Below, in pieces: positions 17,483-26,663 of a stretch of 64,000 bases of DNA. A program made the position numbers and the translations under genes. The notes beneath the pieces were generated by a model. The model did not search any database, was not told the origin of the DNA, and worked only from the letters and a program-made list of their open reading frames with translations. The DNA comes from an uncultured Acidimicrobiales bacterium. GTDB taxonomy: Bacteria; Actinomycetota; Acidimicrobiia; Acidimicrobiales; SZUA-35. Numbering within the stretch: the first letter of the stretch is position 1; the number at the start of each line of letters is the position of its first letter. The stretch covers positions 141,318 to 205,317 of the forward strand of contig CAVOYW010000008.1 of assembly GCA_963700755.1 (NCBI GenBank), written 5' to 3'.

Positions 17483-18814
17483 ATCCGCCGCCGGAGCCGT
17501 ACGATCGGCCAACGCGGGGTCGAGTCCGGTGCGATCACCGAGGTCGACTGCGTTGCGGTAGCTGCCGGCATAGCCCATCACCGTGAGACCGTAGGTCACC
17601 GACCGGTTGTAGCCGAGCAGCGCCCGCTGATAGTTCAGCCCATCGCCGAGGCCACTCGCCGAGCCGCAGAGGTGGTTTGCCGCCGCCAGGGCGGCGTCGT
17701 ACAGATTGTGGGGATCGGCCACCCCGTCACCGTTGCCGTCGGCGCCGTAGCGCTTCCAGCTACCGGGAATGAACTGCATGGGGCCCACGGCACGGTCCCA
17801 GACCGGGTCGCCGTCCCAGGCACCCCCGTCGGTGTCCGGAATCGAGGCGAACCGGGTGCCGTCGAGTACCGGCCCCAGGATCTCCGCGTTCGTTCGGCCA
17901 TCGGCCCCGACCGAGGTCCCGCCGTAGGTGCCGTGGCGGCTCTCGACCCGTCCGATGCCGGCAAGTTGATCCCATCGGACCCCGCATCGGGGCCGGGTGA
18001 CCGCGGTGGCGAGAGCGGCCCGGTAGTAGGCGTCGAGCACGACGACCGGGAAGTCCGTGCCGACCACCGGAGCAAGGAGCAGTGCCGATTCGAACACGGG
18101 CACGATTCGCTCGATCTGGGCCGTGGCCATCGCCCGATCACGTTCGGCACCAGCCGCTGCGGTGCGGGCAGCGGCCCGTTCGATCCGGGCCTGCCCGAGA
18201 GCGTCGACGAGGCGGTATCGCTCGATCGTGGCGGCACCGAAACGTTCCGCCGCCTCGGCACGGGTGTTCAGCAACGAGTCCTCCGCGGCGCCGGCCAGCG
18301 CAGGGATCGGACTGGGCTCGACCTCGGTCGAGAAGGTGATGAGGTCGAGGGTGCCGGACTCGACGAACGTCCCGATCGCAAAGCTGCCGAGATCGGACCG
18401 GGAATCCTCGAGCACGACCCTCGCGGCCGACTCCTCGGCCCGAGCGATGGCCACCTCGGCCTCGAGGTGGGATTCCACGATCGTCAGCCGCACCTGAGCC
18501 GCACGGCTGCTCACGAGACGGCCCTCGGCGTCGGCCAGGGAGCGTCGGGCATGCGAGAGCTCCGTGGTCAGTGTTCCGATCCGGTCCAGGCGCACCGCCA
18601 CGCGGGCCGCGATGTCGGGATGGATGATGGCCGGATCGGGAAGCAGCTGGGCCAGGTCGAGCAGTTCACCGGCCGACGCCGCAGCGGCGGGCCCCGGACG
18701 TGACGGTGTCGCCGGTGACGCAACCGCGGGCCAACCCAGTGTCGCAACGACCGAGACGGCGAACGCGAGTCGTCGCCGGGTTCGACCTCGCGCCGGCTGC
18801 CTCATCACCCCCAT
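17450..18814 (-). CDS. secreted lytic murein transglycosylase (SLT_2/MltB-like) with an N-terminal coiled-coil region
   Basis: The protein has a signal-like N-terminus and a C-terminal catalytic region RVESRHGTYGG...AVGPMQFIPGSWKRYG. Confidence 0.75.
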   Translation of the reverse strand: MGVMRQPARGRTRRRLAFAVSVVATLGWPAVASPATPSRPGPAAAASAGELLDLAQLLPDPAIIHPDIAARVAVRLDRIGTLTTELSHARRSLADAEGRLVSSRAAQVRLTIVESHLEAEVAIARAEESAARVVLEDSRSDLGSFAIGTFVESGTLDLITFSTEVEPSPIPALAGAAEDSLLNTRAEAAERFGAATIERYRLVDALGQARIERAAARTAAAGAERDRAMATAQIERIVPVFESALLLAPVVGTDFPVVVLDAYYRAALATAVTRPRCGVRWDQLAGIGRVESRHGTYGGTSVGADGRTNAEILGPVLDGTRFASIPDTDGGAWDGDPVWDRAVGPMQFIPGSWKRYGADGNGDGVADPHNLYDAALAAANHLCGSASGLGDGLNYQRALLGYNRSVTYGLTVMGYAGSYRNAVDLGDRTGLDPALADRTAPAADSATSPNPAAE

Positions 18815-18895
18815 ACCATCGGCTCGTCGTCATCGAGGGTGAGGCGTGCCGCCAAGCTTCGCCGTCGATCACGGCCGAGGCAGCCGCTTCCGGCG

Positions 18896-19369
18896 TCAGC
18901 TCGTCGGGCCGACCTGCGCGGCGTCCCGCTTGATCAGTGTCATTTCGCGTTCGAAGTCGTCGACATCGGTGAAGCCCTTGTAGACGCTCGCAAAACGCAG
19001 GGCGGCAACCAGATCGAGGGCTCGAAGGAGCTCGAGAGCGGCAAGTCCGACCCACTCCGACGTGACCTCGGCACCGGCGACCCGGGCCGCATCCTCGATG
19101 TCTCCGGCCACCTTGACCAGCAATGACGAGTCGATCGGGCGGCCCTTGCAGGCCGACTCGAGGCCGTTGATGATCTTGTCTCGGCAGAATGGCTGGCGTT
19201 CACCCGACCGTTTCGTGACCACGATGGGCTGCTCTTCGATGCGTTCGAAGGTGGTGAACCGGCGATCGCACTGGTTGCAGTAGCGGCGACGACGGATGGC
19301 CGTTCCGTCGTCGGCACCGCGCGAATCGACGACGCGGGTGTCGTCGGCATGGCACACGGGGCACATCAT
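18896..19369 (-). CDS. nrdR: transcriptional repressor NrdR
   Basis: The zinc ribbon MMCPVCH...CNQC is followed by an ATP-cone. The product is 157 aa. Confidence 0.93.
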   Translation of the reverse strand: MMCPVCHADDTRVVDSRGADDGTAIRRRRYCNQCDRRFTTFERIEEQPIVVTKRSGERQPFCRDKIINGLESACKGRPIDSSLLVKVAGDIEDAARVAGAEVTSEWVGLAALELLRALDLVAALRFASVYKGFTDVDDFEREMTLIKRDAAQVGPTS

Positions 19370-19478
19370 GTGGTCCAACGTACCCCGCGGCGTTCCCCTC
19401 ACCGCCGACCGTGCTCTCAAATCCGAAACGTCGTCGGGTGGCGGGACCCGATCCGGAATCCCGCCACCCACTCCTGCC

Positions 19479-20024
19479 CTATTCCGCACCGACGGTTTCG
19501 AGAATGGGCGACGGTTCGACCGCCGCCAGCGTGTCGGCCTCGAGGTTCGACGCCACGGCCCCGGGGGACAGGCCCGCCGGAACGACCATGACGTCGCCGA
19601 CGCGCAGGGCCGAGCCGCCGTTGCGATCGGCGAGGGCGTCGACGATCGGTCGGGGGTCTTGGCCCGGCGCGAGCGTTTCGGCGATCGCCCAGAGGGTGTC
19701 GCCCGCCTGAACGACTCGGGTGGTCTCGCCCAGCAGCGGCTCGGCCGGCGCCGCGGATGCGGCCGGTAACGGAACCGGCCCCTGGGGCGGGCTGCCCTGG
19801 GCCAGGCGCAGCCCGACCAGGGCCGCCAGCACGGCCACGACGGCCAGCCCGACGAGAAGACCGGACCGGTCGGCGGTCGGGGTGTCGAGGCCGCCACGCA
19901 GGAGTCGCAGGTCGGGACGGGACGGCAGCGTCGCCGACGCGGCTCCGGAATCGTGTGACCGACCCGAGTGGTCCCGCAATCGGGACCGGGTCGGAACCGG
20001 GGTTGGGTGAAGGAGTGCGACCAT
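19479..20024 (-). CDS. LysM domain-containing membrane protein (lexA-divergent, likely SOS-regulated)
   Basis: The protein has a TM segment LLVGLAVVAVLAALVGL and a LysM motif VVQAGDTLWAIAE. Its position between nrdR and lexA matches other Actinobacteria. Confidence 0.75.
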   Translation of the reverse strand: MVALLHPTPVPTRSRLRDHSGRSHDSGAASATLPSRPDLRLLRGGLDTPTADRSGLLVGLAVVAVLAALVGLRLAQGSPPQGPVPLPAASAAPAEPLLGETTRVVQAGDTLWAIAETLAPGQDPRPIVDALADRNGGSALRVGDVMVVPAGLSPGAVASNLEADTLAAVEPSPILETVGAE

Positions 20025-20052
20025 GGCGACAGTGTCCTCGTGGGGTGTGACA

Positions 20053-20066
20053 CGAACGGGTGTTCG
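20053..20066. promoter_or_regulatory. LexA (SOS) box CGAACGGGTGTTCG
   Basis: This is an actinobacterial Cheo-type GAAC-N4-GTTC palindrome, 29 nt upstream of the LysM gene start. Confidence 0.8.
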
Positions 20067-20079
20067 GCTCCACTCAATC

Positions 20080-20093
20080 CGAACGAACGTTCG
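20080..20093. promoter_or_regulatory. LexA (SOS) box CGAACGAACGTTCG
   Basis: This is a perfect GAAC-N4-GTTC palindrome in the lexA/LysM divergent intergenic region. Confidence 0.85.
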
Positions 20094-20109
20094 ATTGCAA
20101 CCCCGGTAT

Positions 20110-20123
20110 CGAACATTTGTACG
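20110..20123. promoter_or_regulatory. LexA (SOS) box with one mismatch, CGAACATTTGTACG
   Basis: The sequence is GAAC-N4-GTAC, 74 nt upstream of the lexA start. Confidence 0.6.
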
Positions 20124-20196
20124 TGCCGTCGTGGCATACTCTCCAAACACCCGTTCGACCGTCGTGGACCGGCCACGACCCAACCAAAGGGCACCC

Positions 20197-20838
20197 ATGG
20201 CCAAGCATCGCCTCACCGATCGCCAGCGAGCGATCCTGGAATTCATCAGCGACCAAATGCGAGACCGCGGCTATCCCCCCTCGGTCCGAGAGATCGGTGC
20301 CCATGTCGGACTGACCTCACCCTCCACCGTCCACTCCCACCTGGCCACGCTGCAGCGCGAGGGATACCTCCGCCGCGACCCGACCAAACCCCGGGCCATC
20401 GAGGTGCGGTGGGACGCCATGTCCGGAGCGAGTGACGTCGAGCGGCGACCGGTGCGCCACGTTCCGCTCGTGGGGTCGGTGGCCGCCGGAACCGACGTGC
20501 TGGCCCAGGAGCACATCGAAGAGACCCTGCCGGTACCGGCGGACTTCACCGGCGACGGTGACCTGTTCATGCTCACGGTGCGCGGCGAGTCGATGATCGG
20601 CGCCGGAATCCTCGATGGCGACTTCGTGGTCGCACGGGTGCAGTCCGAGGCCCGAACCGGCGACATCGTGGTCGCCGGCATCCCGGGTGAGGAGGCCACG
20701 GTCAAGAGCTACTACTACGACCCGAAGGCCAAACAGGTCGTCCTGATCCCCCACAACCCGGCCCTGACCGAGATGCGCTTCTCACCCGACGAGGTCACGA
20801 TCTTCGGCAAGGTCGTGACCGTGATGCGACGCCTCTAG
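20197..20838 (+). CDS. lexA: LexA repressor
   Basis: The winged-HTH region is RQRAILEFI...GYPPSVREIG. The cleavage region is VAAG, and the S24 peptidase motif is RGESMIGAGILDGD. Confidence 0.95.
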   Translation: MAKHRLTDRQRAILEFISDQMRDRGYPPSVREIGAHVGLTSPSTVHSHLATLQREGYLRRDPTKPRAIEVRWDAMSGASDVERRPVRHVPLVGSVAAGTDVLAQEHIEETLPVPADFTGDGDLFMLTVRGESMIGAGILDGDFVVARVQSEARTGDIVVAGIPGEEATVKSYYYDPKAKQVVLIPHNPALTEMRFSPDEVTIFGKVVTVMRRL

Positions 20839-20854
20839 TTCCTCGACCGGGGAG

Positions 20855-20901
20855 GAACACACGAACGGGCTGCCCCCAGAGGGAGCAGCCCGTTCGTGTT
20901 C
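20855..20901. terminator. long GC-rich hairpin between convergent lexA and the DUF455-like gene (bidirectional terminator candidate)
   Basis: GAACACACGAACGGGCTGC - loop - GCAGCCCGTTCGTGTTC forms a stem of about 17 bp with a 2-nt bulge. Confidence 0.65.
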
Positions 20902-20923
20902 TGCGATGACCGATCGGTCGGGG

Positions 20924-21736
20924 TCAGGCGTTGATGGCTTCCTTCATCGCCTGCGCCTTGCGCTCGTCGAACATCTCGGCACGCTGACGCAACGATTCGT
21001 CACGGATCGTGTCGACCTCGTCGTCGGTGAAGCCGGCCAGGCGCCGGAACTCCCGAGCGAGGCGGATCGGCGCGTCGTCCTCTTCGCCCCGCTGACCACG
21101 GAAGCTGAACAGCCCATCGACCACTCGCTGGAATTCCAGCGCACCCTTGCGTCGTTCCGGGTCGTTCTCGGTCACGGCCCGCAACCAGCGCGAACCCATT
21201 CGTACGTGGGTCACCTCATCGGCGAGCATGTAGTCCTCGCAATAGGACAGAACCGGGTCGGCCATCTCGTCGCCGAAATCGCGCATCTGCGAGAACACGT
21301 CGATCGCCAGACCCTCGAGGGCACGGTTCACCCCGGCGAGCCGATAGACGGGATCGTTGTGGCAGGCCGCCTCGAACAGCGTGGTGCTCTCGGCGTACTC
21401 GCCCAATTCACCGCCCATGTGCTCGGCCAGCTTGATGGAGATCTCGCAATGGCGGGCTTCGTCCCAGCACTGTCGGGCCATGTCGAGCTTGAGCTCGTAC
21501 GGCACTTCTTCGGTGCTGAAGTCGAAGGCCGTGCGACCGGCGCCCTCGAGCGCCTGGACCTCACCGACGAAGATGCCGTGCATCCGCCGGCGAGCCCGGT
21601 CGGCGACGTCTTCGGCCTTCGGATCGACCTTGCCGATCTCGACCGGATTGCGCCGGTCGAGGAATCGCTGCTCGGTGGTTTGACGATTGAATCGGTCGTC
21701 TCGTGCCAGTGCCGACGGTGGAATGTTCTTGCGCAC
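20924..21736 (-). CDS. ferritin-like di-iron protein (DUF455-type)
   Basis: The sequence contains EEVPYELKLDMARQCWDEARHCEI...ADEVTHVRMG with E/ExxH-like metal ligands. The start is uncertain. The GTG at 21736 follows GAAGGGA, and the ORF is open to 21823. Confidence 0.55.
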   Translation of the reverse strand: MRKNIPPSALARDDRFNRQTTEQRFLDRRNPVEIGKVDPKAEDVADRARRRMHGIFVGEVQALEGAGRTAFDFSTEEVPYELKLDMARQCWDEARHCEISIKLAEHMGGELGEYAESTTLFEAACHNDPVYRLAGVNRALEGLAIDVFSQMRDFGDEMADPVLSYCEDYMLADEVTHVRMGSRWLRAVTENDPERRKGALEFQRVVDGLFSFRGQRGEEDDAPIRLAREFRRLAGFTDDEVDTIRDESLRQRAEMFDERKAQAMKEAINA

Positions 21737-21801
21737 GACAGGGGTCCCTTCTGTGTGCTGATCCGATGAGGACCAGATCGACGCCGCCGACCGGGAACCG
21801 A

Positions 21802-24417
21802 ATGCCATCCCGACGCGGTACAACAGGTGTCACCGTACCGCCCCGGCGGTTCCGACGCCATACCCCCACCGTGACCGACCGCTCTTCTTCTCGTCCCCAG
21901 CCACCGGCCCGACCCGACGACTCCTCCCCCGACGGCTCGTTCACGCCGCTCGTGTCGACCGGTCTGCCGGTCGAGAGCGCCCGCGACGACATCGTCGCGG
22001 CGGTGGCCGGGGCCCGCCGACCCGGCACCACACCGGGCCACGGGAGCCTCGTGCTTCGAGCCGAGCCCGGCGCCGGCAAGTCGAGCCTCGTACCGCTGTT
22101 CGTGGCGCAGGCACTGGGCCCCGAACAACCCAGCCTGATCCTCACCGAGCCGCGGCGACTGGCCGCACGGGCCACGGCGGCGCGGTTGGCCGAACTGCTG
22201 GGCGAGCCGGTCGGTGAACGGGTGGGTCTGACCATCCGAGGAGAACGGACCGTGTCGGCACACACCCGGATCGAGGTGGTCACCGAAGCCGTGCTCGTCA
22301 ACCGGCTCCACGCCGACCCGGAACTGGGCGGTGTCGGCGCCGTCGTCTTCGACGAGTTCCACGAGCGGAGCAGCTCGGTCGACCTGGCACTCGGGATGGC
22401 GCTCGAGGTGCGAAACACGCTTCGACCGGATCTGGCCATCGTGGTCATGTCGGCCACCCTCGACGTCGATCGAGTTGCCGCGTTGCTGGCGCGCCCTCTC
22501 GAACCCACCGGCCGACCCACGGGCGGCGCCGGCGCGCCGATCCTCGACCTACCGGGGCGAACGTTCGAGATCACCACCGAGCATCGGGCCCGGCCGGCGC
22601 CGAGGCAGTGGACCGCGGCGGTCGCCTCGGCCATCGAATCCGCAGCCGGCCGGGTGTCGGGCGACGTCTTGGTGTTCGTGCCCGGTCGCCGCGAGATCGA
22701 CGACGTGATCGCCGAGATCGGTCGCCGCTCGGCATTGTCGGGCCTCGAGGTCCTCGGGCTGCACGGCGGCACCCCGGTCGACCGACAGCGGGACATCATC
22801 GGTGGCGGCCGGCAACGACGGGTCATCGTCGCCACCTCGGTGGCCGAGACCTCGCTCACCGTTCCCGGGGTCGAGGCCGTGGTCGACGGGGGCCGGGCCC
22901 GACGACCGGTCTTCGATCCCTCCTCGGGCCTCGGACGGCTCGAGACCACCAGCGTGACCCGGTTCGCCGCCGACCAGCGCCGAGGCCGGGCCGGGCGGGT
23001 CGGTCCCGGACTCTGTATCCGGCTCTGGTCCAGCGACGACCATCGTCACCTCGACGAGACCGTGGCACCGGCCCTGGTCGGCGGCGACCCGCTTCCGGTC
23101 GGCTTCGAACTGGCGCGATGGGGCGATCCGTGGGCCGATTCGCTGCCCCTCCTCGACCCTCCCGGCCGATCCCGGCTCGACGCCGCCCAGTCGATCCTCT
23201 CGATGCTGGGTCTCGTCGATCCGGGCGGCCGCCTCAGCGAACGGGGATCGCAAGCAGCTCGGCTGGGCCTGCACCCGCGACTCGCTGCACTGGTGATGAC
23301 CGCGACCGACACCGGTCGGAGTGGTCTGGGACTTCGTGCCGCTTCCCTTCTCGACGATGACCGGCGGCCCTCGCATGCGGACCTGGCCGACGAGCTCGAG
23401 CGGCGCTGGTCCGAGCTGGACCGCCCGGCCCGTCGTCTCGGGCGTCGTCTCGGCATCGCTGCCGCGGCCGACCGTTCCGACCTGATCCACCTCGGGCCGT
23501 TGCTCGCGGCAGCATGGCCCGATCGTGTGGCCATGGCCCGGCCCGATCGGCCCGGCCGCTTCCTCCTGGCCATCGGCCGGGAAGTCGATCTGGGCGCCGA
23601 CACACCCCTGGCGGCTTCGGAGTTCGTCATCGTGGCCGAGGCAGACGGAGCCGCTCGAGCGGCCCGGGTCCGCCGGGCCGTTGCCATCACCCGGGCCGAC
23701 GTGCTCGATGCAGCCGGAGACCGGGTCGAATGGTCGGATCGCGTCGAATGGGATCAGCGCGACGACACGCTCCGGGCCGAGCGTCAGCAGCGGCTCGGTC
23801 GCCTGGTCCTCCATCGGCTCCCTCTGAACGACCCGCCGGCCGACGCCGTCTCGGCCGGGCTCCGGGCCGGCCTGCGCCGATCGGGCCTCGGCCTCCTCGA
23901 CTGGGGCTCCCGGGGTGTCTCGGTCCGCGCTCGGCTGGCTTGGCTTCACCAGGAGGATCCCGCAGGCTGGCCCGACCTCGGCGACGACGCCTTGATCGAC
24001 CGGCTCGACGACTGGCTCGATCTCTCCCGGTGCCGCTCGGTGAAGGACCTGCGGCGAATCGCCGCCACCGACGCGCTCCTCGGACTGCTCGGCTGGGAGC
24101 AACGTCGCCATTTCGACGAGCTGGCCCCGGCCGAACTCGAACCACCACGCGGCCGAACCCGGCCGATCGACTACGCCTCGGGTCGACCGGTGTGGTCGGT
24201 TCGGCTCCAGAACGTGTTCGGGTTGGACGACCACCCCCTCGTCGGCCCCCATCGAGTTCCGCTCACCATCGAGCTGCTGTCTCCGGCCGGTCGGCCGGCC
24301 CAGGTCACCACCGACCTGCCGGGGTTCTGGCGCGGCTCCTACGCCGCCGTTCGGGCCGACCTACGTGGTCGGTACCCCAAACACGCCTGGCCCGAGGACC
24401 CGCTCTCCCTCCGTTGA
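21802..24417 (+). CDS. hrpB: ATP-dependent RNA helicase HrpB (DEAH-box)
   Basis: The protein has GAGKSS, DEFHER, SATL and TSVAETSLTVPGV motifs plus an HrpB C-terminal domain. The start is uncertain, with ATGs at 21766 and 21802. Confidence 0.85.
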   Translation: MPSRRGTTGVTVPPRRFRRHTPTVTDRSSSRPQPPARPDDSSPDGSFTPLVSTGLPVESARDDIVAAVAGARRPGTTPGHGSLVLRAEPGAGKSSLVPLFVAQALGPEQPSLILTEPRRLAARATAARLAELLGEPVGERVGLTIRGERTVSAHTRIEVVTEAVLVNRLHADPELGGVGAVVFDEFHERSSSVDLALGMALEVRNTLRPDLAIVVMSATLDVDRVAALLARPLEPTGRPTGGAGAPILDLPGRTFEITTEHRARPAPRQWTAAVASAIESAAGRVSGDVLVFVPGRREIDDVIAEIGRRSALSGLEVLGLHGGTPVDRQRDIIGGGRQRRVIVATSVAETSLTVPGVEAVVDGGRARRPVFDPSSGLGRLETTSVTRFAADQRRGRAGRVGPGLCIRLWSSDDHRHLDETVAPALVGGDPLPVGFELARWGDPWADSLPLLDPPGRSRLDAAQSILSMLGLVDPGGRLSERGSQAARLGLHPRLAALVMTATDTGRSGLGLRAASLLDDDRRPSHADLADELERRWSELDRPARRLGRRLGIAAAADRSDLIHLGPLLAAAWPDRVAMARPDRPGRFLLAIGREVDLGADTPLAASEFVIVAEADGAARAARVRRAVAITRADVLDAAGDRVEWSDRVEWDQRDDTLRAERQQRLGRLVLHRLPLNDPPADAVSAGLRAGLRRSGLGLLDWGSRGVSVRARLAWLHQEDPAGWPDLGDDALIDRLDDWLDLSRCRSVKDLRRIAATDALLGLLGWEQRRHFDELAPAELEPPRGRTRPIDYASGRPVWSVRLQNVFGLDDHPLVGPHRVPLTIELLSPAGRPAQVTTDLPGFWRGSYAAVRADLRGRYPKHAWPEDPLSLR

Positions 24418-24477
24418 CCCTGCTCCGCCAGCGTTGACCTGATCTGCGGATCTGGGGCTCCGCCCACCCGACGCCGG

Positions 24478-25545
24478 TCAGGGTTGCAGCAGGTGGCGCA
24501 GCGCCGACCACGTGCGTTCGATCGACTCCCGATGCACGTGCTCGTGCTCGGTGTGGGCCACCTCGGGATCGCCCGAACCGAAGTTGGTGGCCGGGATGCC
24601 GATGGCGGCGAGGCGAGCAACATCGGTCCAGCCGAGCTTGGCCCGGATCTCGGGCGGACCCGAGTCTCCCCCTTCGACCAGACGACGCAGGATCGGATGC
24701 TCCAACGACGGTGGGCACGCCAGCGCCCGATCGATCACCTCGACCGTGTCACCCTCGTCGAGGTGGGGCGCCAGCAGCGATCGGATGAAGGACTCCGCTT
24801 CGGCGTCGCTGCGATCGGGAGCAAACCGGTGGTGGATCCGCAACACGGCCCGATCGGGCACCACGTTGCCCGACACCCCACCCTCGACGTGCACGGCCTG
24901 CACCGACTCGCGGTAGGTGCACCCATCGATGGTCGGCGTTCGTGGCTCGTAGGCGGCGAGATCGGTCAGGATCGCCCCGAGTCGATGGACCGCGTTGCGC
25001 CCCATCCACGGCCGAGCGGTGTGGGCCCGGGCCCCGGCCAGCGTGACCTCGAACCGCAGGGCTCCCTGGCAGCCGGCCTCGATGGCCGCATCGGTCGGCT
25101 CCCCGAGGATGGCACAGTCGGCGACGAGGAGATCCGGCCGGGACTCGATGAGTTCGGCCAACCCGCTGTGGACGGCCGCGACCTCTTCCCGGGCATAGAA
25201 GACGAACGTCAGGTCGACCCACGAGTCGTGGACCGTGCGGGCTGCCTCGAGGAAGCAGGCAAGGCCACCCTTCATGTCGGCCGAACCCACGCCCCACATG
25301 GTGTCGCCCTCGATGCGAGCCCGACCGTTGCCGTTGGCCGGCACCGTGTCGGTGTGACCGGCGAGCACCAGCCGCATCGGCTTGCCCCATGACGTCCGGG
25401 CCACGAGGTTGTCCCCCACCCGGGTGACCTCGAGGTGATCGAGCGAACGCAGCTCGGCTTCGAGCCAGTCGACGAACGGGCCTTCCGAGAACGACTCCGA
25501 GGACCGGTTGACGAGGTCGGCGGTCAACTCGAAGAGGTCCAGCAC
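24478..25545 (-). CDS. dapE: succinyl-diaminopimelate desuccinylase (M20 peptidase)
   Basis: The GHTDTVP motif, an M20 fold throughout and the dapD/dapC neighbourhood support this call. Confidence 0.85.
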   Translation of the reverse strand: MLDLFELTADLVNRSSESFSEGPFVDWLEAELRSLDHLEVTRVGDNLVARTSWGKPMRLVLAGHTDTVPANGNGRARIEGDTMWGVGSADMKGGLACFLEAARTVHDSWVDLTFVFYAREEVAAVHSGLAELIESRPDLLVADCAILGEPTDAAIEAGCQGALRFEVTLAGARAHTARPWMGRNAVHRLGAILTDLAAYEPRTPTIDGCTYRESVQAVHVEGGVSGNVVPDRAVLRIHHRFAPDRSDAEAESFIRSLLAPHLDEGDTVEVIDRALACPPSLEHPILRRLVEGGDSGPPEIRAKLGWTDVARLAAIGIPATNFGSGDPEVAHTEHEHVHRESIERTWSALRHLLQP

Positions 25546-25571
25546 CCGTTCAGCCTATTGGACTCGGCCCG

Positions 25572-25635
25572 GAGCACCGAACCTTGGGGCCCCGGCTCCG
25601 GTTTCCGGAGTGTGCGCTCCAAGGTTCGGTGGCTC
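25572..25635 (-). terminator. nested hairpin between dapD and dapE
   Basis: The outer arms are GAGCACCGAACCTTGG and CCAAGGTTCGGTG(G)CTC. The inner hairpin is CTCCGG-TTT-CCGGAG. Confidence 0.4.
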
Positions 25636-25676
25636 GCAGGGCGCCTCGCGGTGGTGAAGCGGTCGCCGGACCCGCC

Positions 25677-26591
25677 TCAGAGCGAGACGCCGTGTGTGCG
25701 CAAGACGTCGTTGAGTGCAGTCTTGTCGTGCCTCTCACCCTCGGCGAGTCGCTTGATGACCAGCGCGCACGGCAAGCCGAAGACGCCGCCCGGGTACTCC
25801 CGGGGACGGGTGGCGAACACCGCAACACACCAATCGGGGACGACGCCGCGGCTGAGCTCGTCACCGGTTTCGGCATCGATCACGGGAATCGACGGATTCA
25901 GGATCACGCCCGACCCCAGGACCGCCCCCTCTCCGACCCGTGCTCCTCCGGTGACCATGCACCGGCTCCCGATGAAGGCCTCGTCGCCGATGACCACCGG
26001 CGAGGCCTCGGCCGGTTCGAGGACACCGCCGATACCCACTCCACCGGCCAGATGTACGTTCGATCCGATCTGGGCACAGGACCCGACCGTTGCCCAGGTG
26101 TCGACCATCGTGTTGGCCCCGACGTGGGAGCCGATGTTGAGATAGCTGGGCATGAGCACGACGCCGGGCGCCTGGTAGGACCCCCAGCGAGCCGACGCTC
26201 CGGGCACGACCCGAACACCTCGTTCGGCGAAGTCATGCTTGAGCGGAATCTTGTCAACGTATTCGAAGGGACCCACTTCGACGGTCTCCATGGCCGAGAT
26301 CGAGAAGAACAGCAGGATGGCGTACTTCAACCACTCGTTCACGAGCGGCGGTCCACCGTCGAGAGCCGGTTCGGCCACCCGGACCAGACCGGAATCGAGC
26401 AGGTCGATCGACCGCACGATCAGGGCGACGGCATCGAGATCATCGGCTCCGAGATCGGATCGCCGGTCCCACAAACCCAGGATCGACGACGCCAGATCGG
26501 CATGATCGGTAGTTGCCGTCGACGCGGACGGCGTGACCGAGGTCGCGGTGGGTTCGGTCGTCTCGGGGATCTCGCCGGTGTTGTCGGTCAT
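25677..26591 (-). CDS. dapD: 2,3,4,5-tetrahydropyridine-2,6-dicarboxylate N-succinyltransferase
   Basis: The left-handed beta-helix hexapeptide repeats (IGSNVHLAGGVGIGGVLEP...) and actinobacterial DapD length (304 aa) support this call. Confidence 0.85.
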   Translation of the reverse strand: MTDNTGEIPETTEPTATSVTPSASTATTDHADLASSILGLWDRRSDLGADDLDAVALIVRSIDLLDSGLVRVAEPALDGGPPLVNEWLKYAILLFFSISAMETVEVGPFEYVDKIPLKHDFAERGVRVVPGASARWGSYQAPGVVLMPSYLNIGSHVGANTMVDTWATVGSCAQIGSNVHLAGGVGIGGVLEPAEASPVVIGDEAFIGSRCMVTGGARVGEGAVLGSGVILNPSIPVIDAETGDELSRGVVPDWCVAVFATRPREYPGGVFGLPCALVIKRLAEGERHDKTALNDVLRTHGVSL

Positions 26592-26663
26592 CGGGTGAAC
26601 CTAATGGGGCTCGACCAGCGTTGCCGACGATGTCGGGCCACGGCGGCGAACTACCGTGACCGA

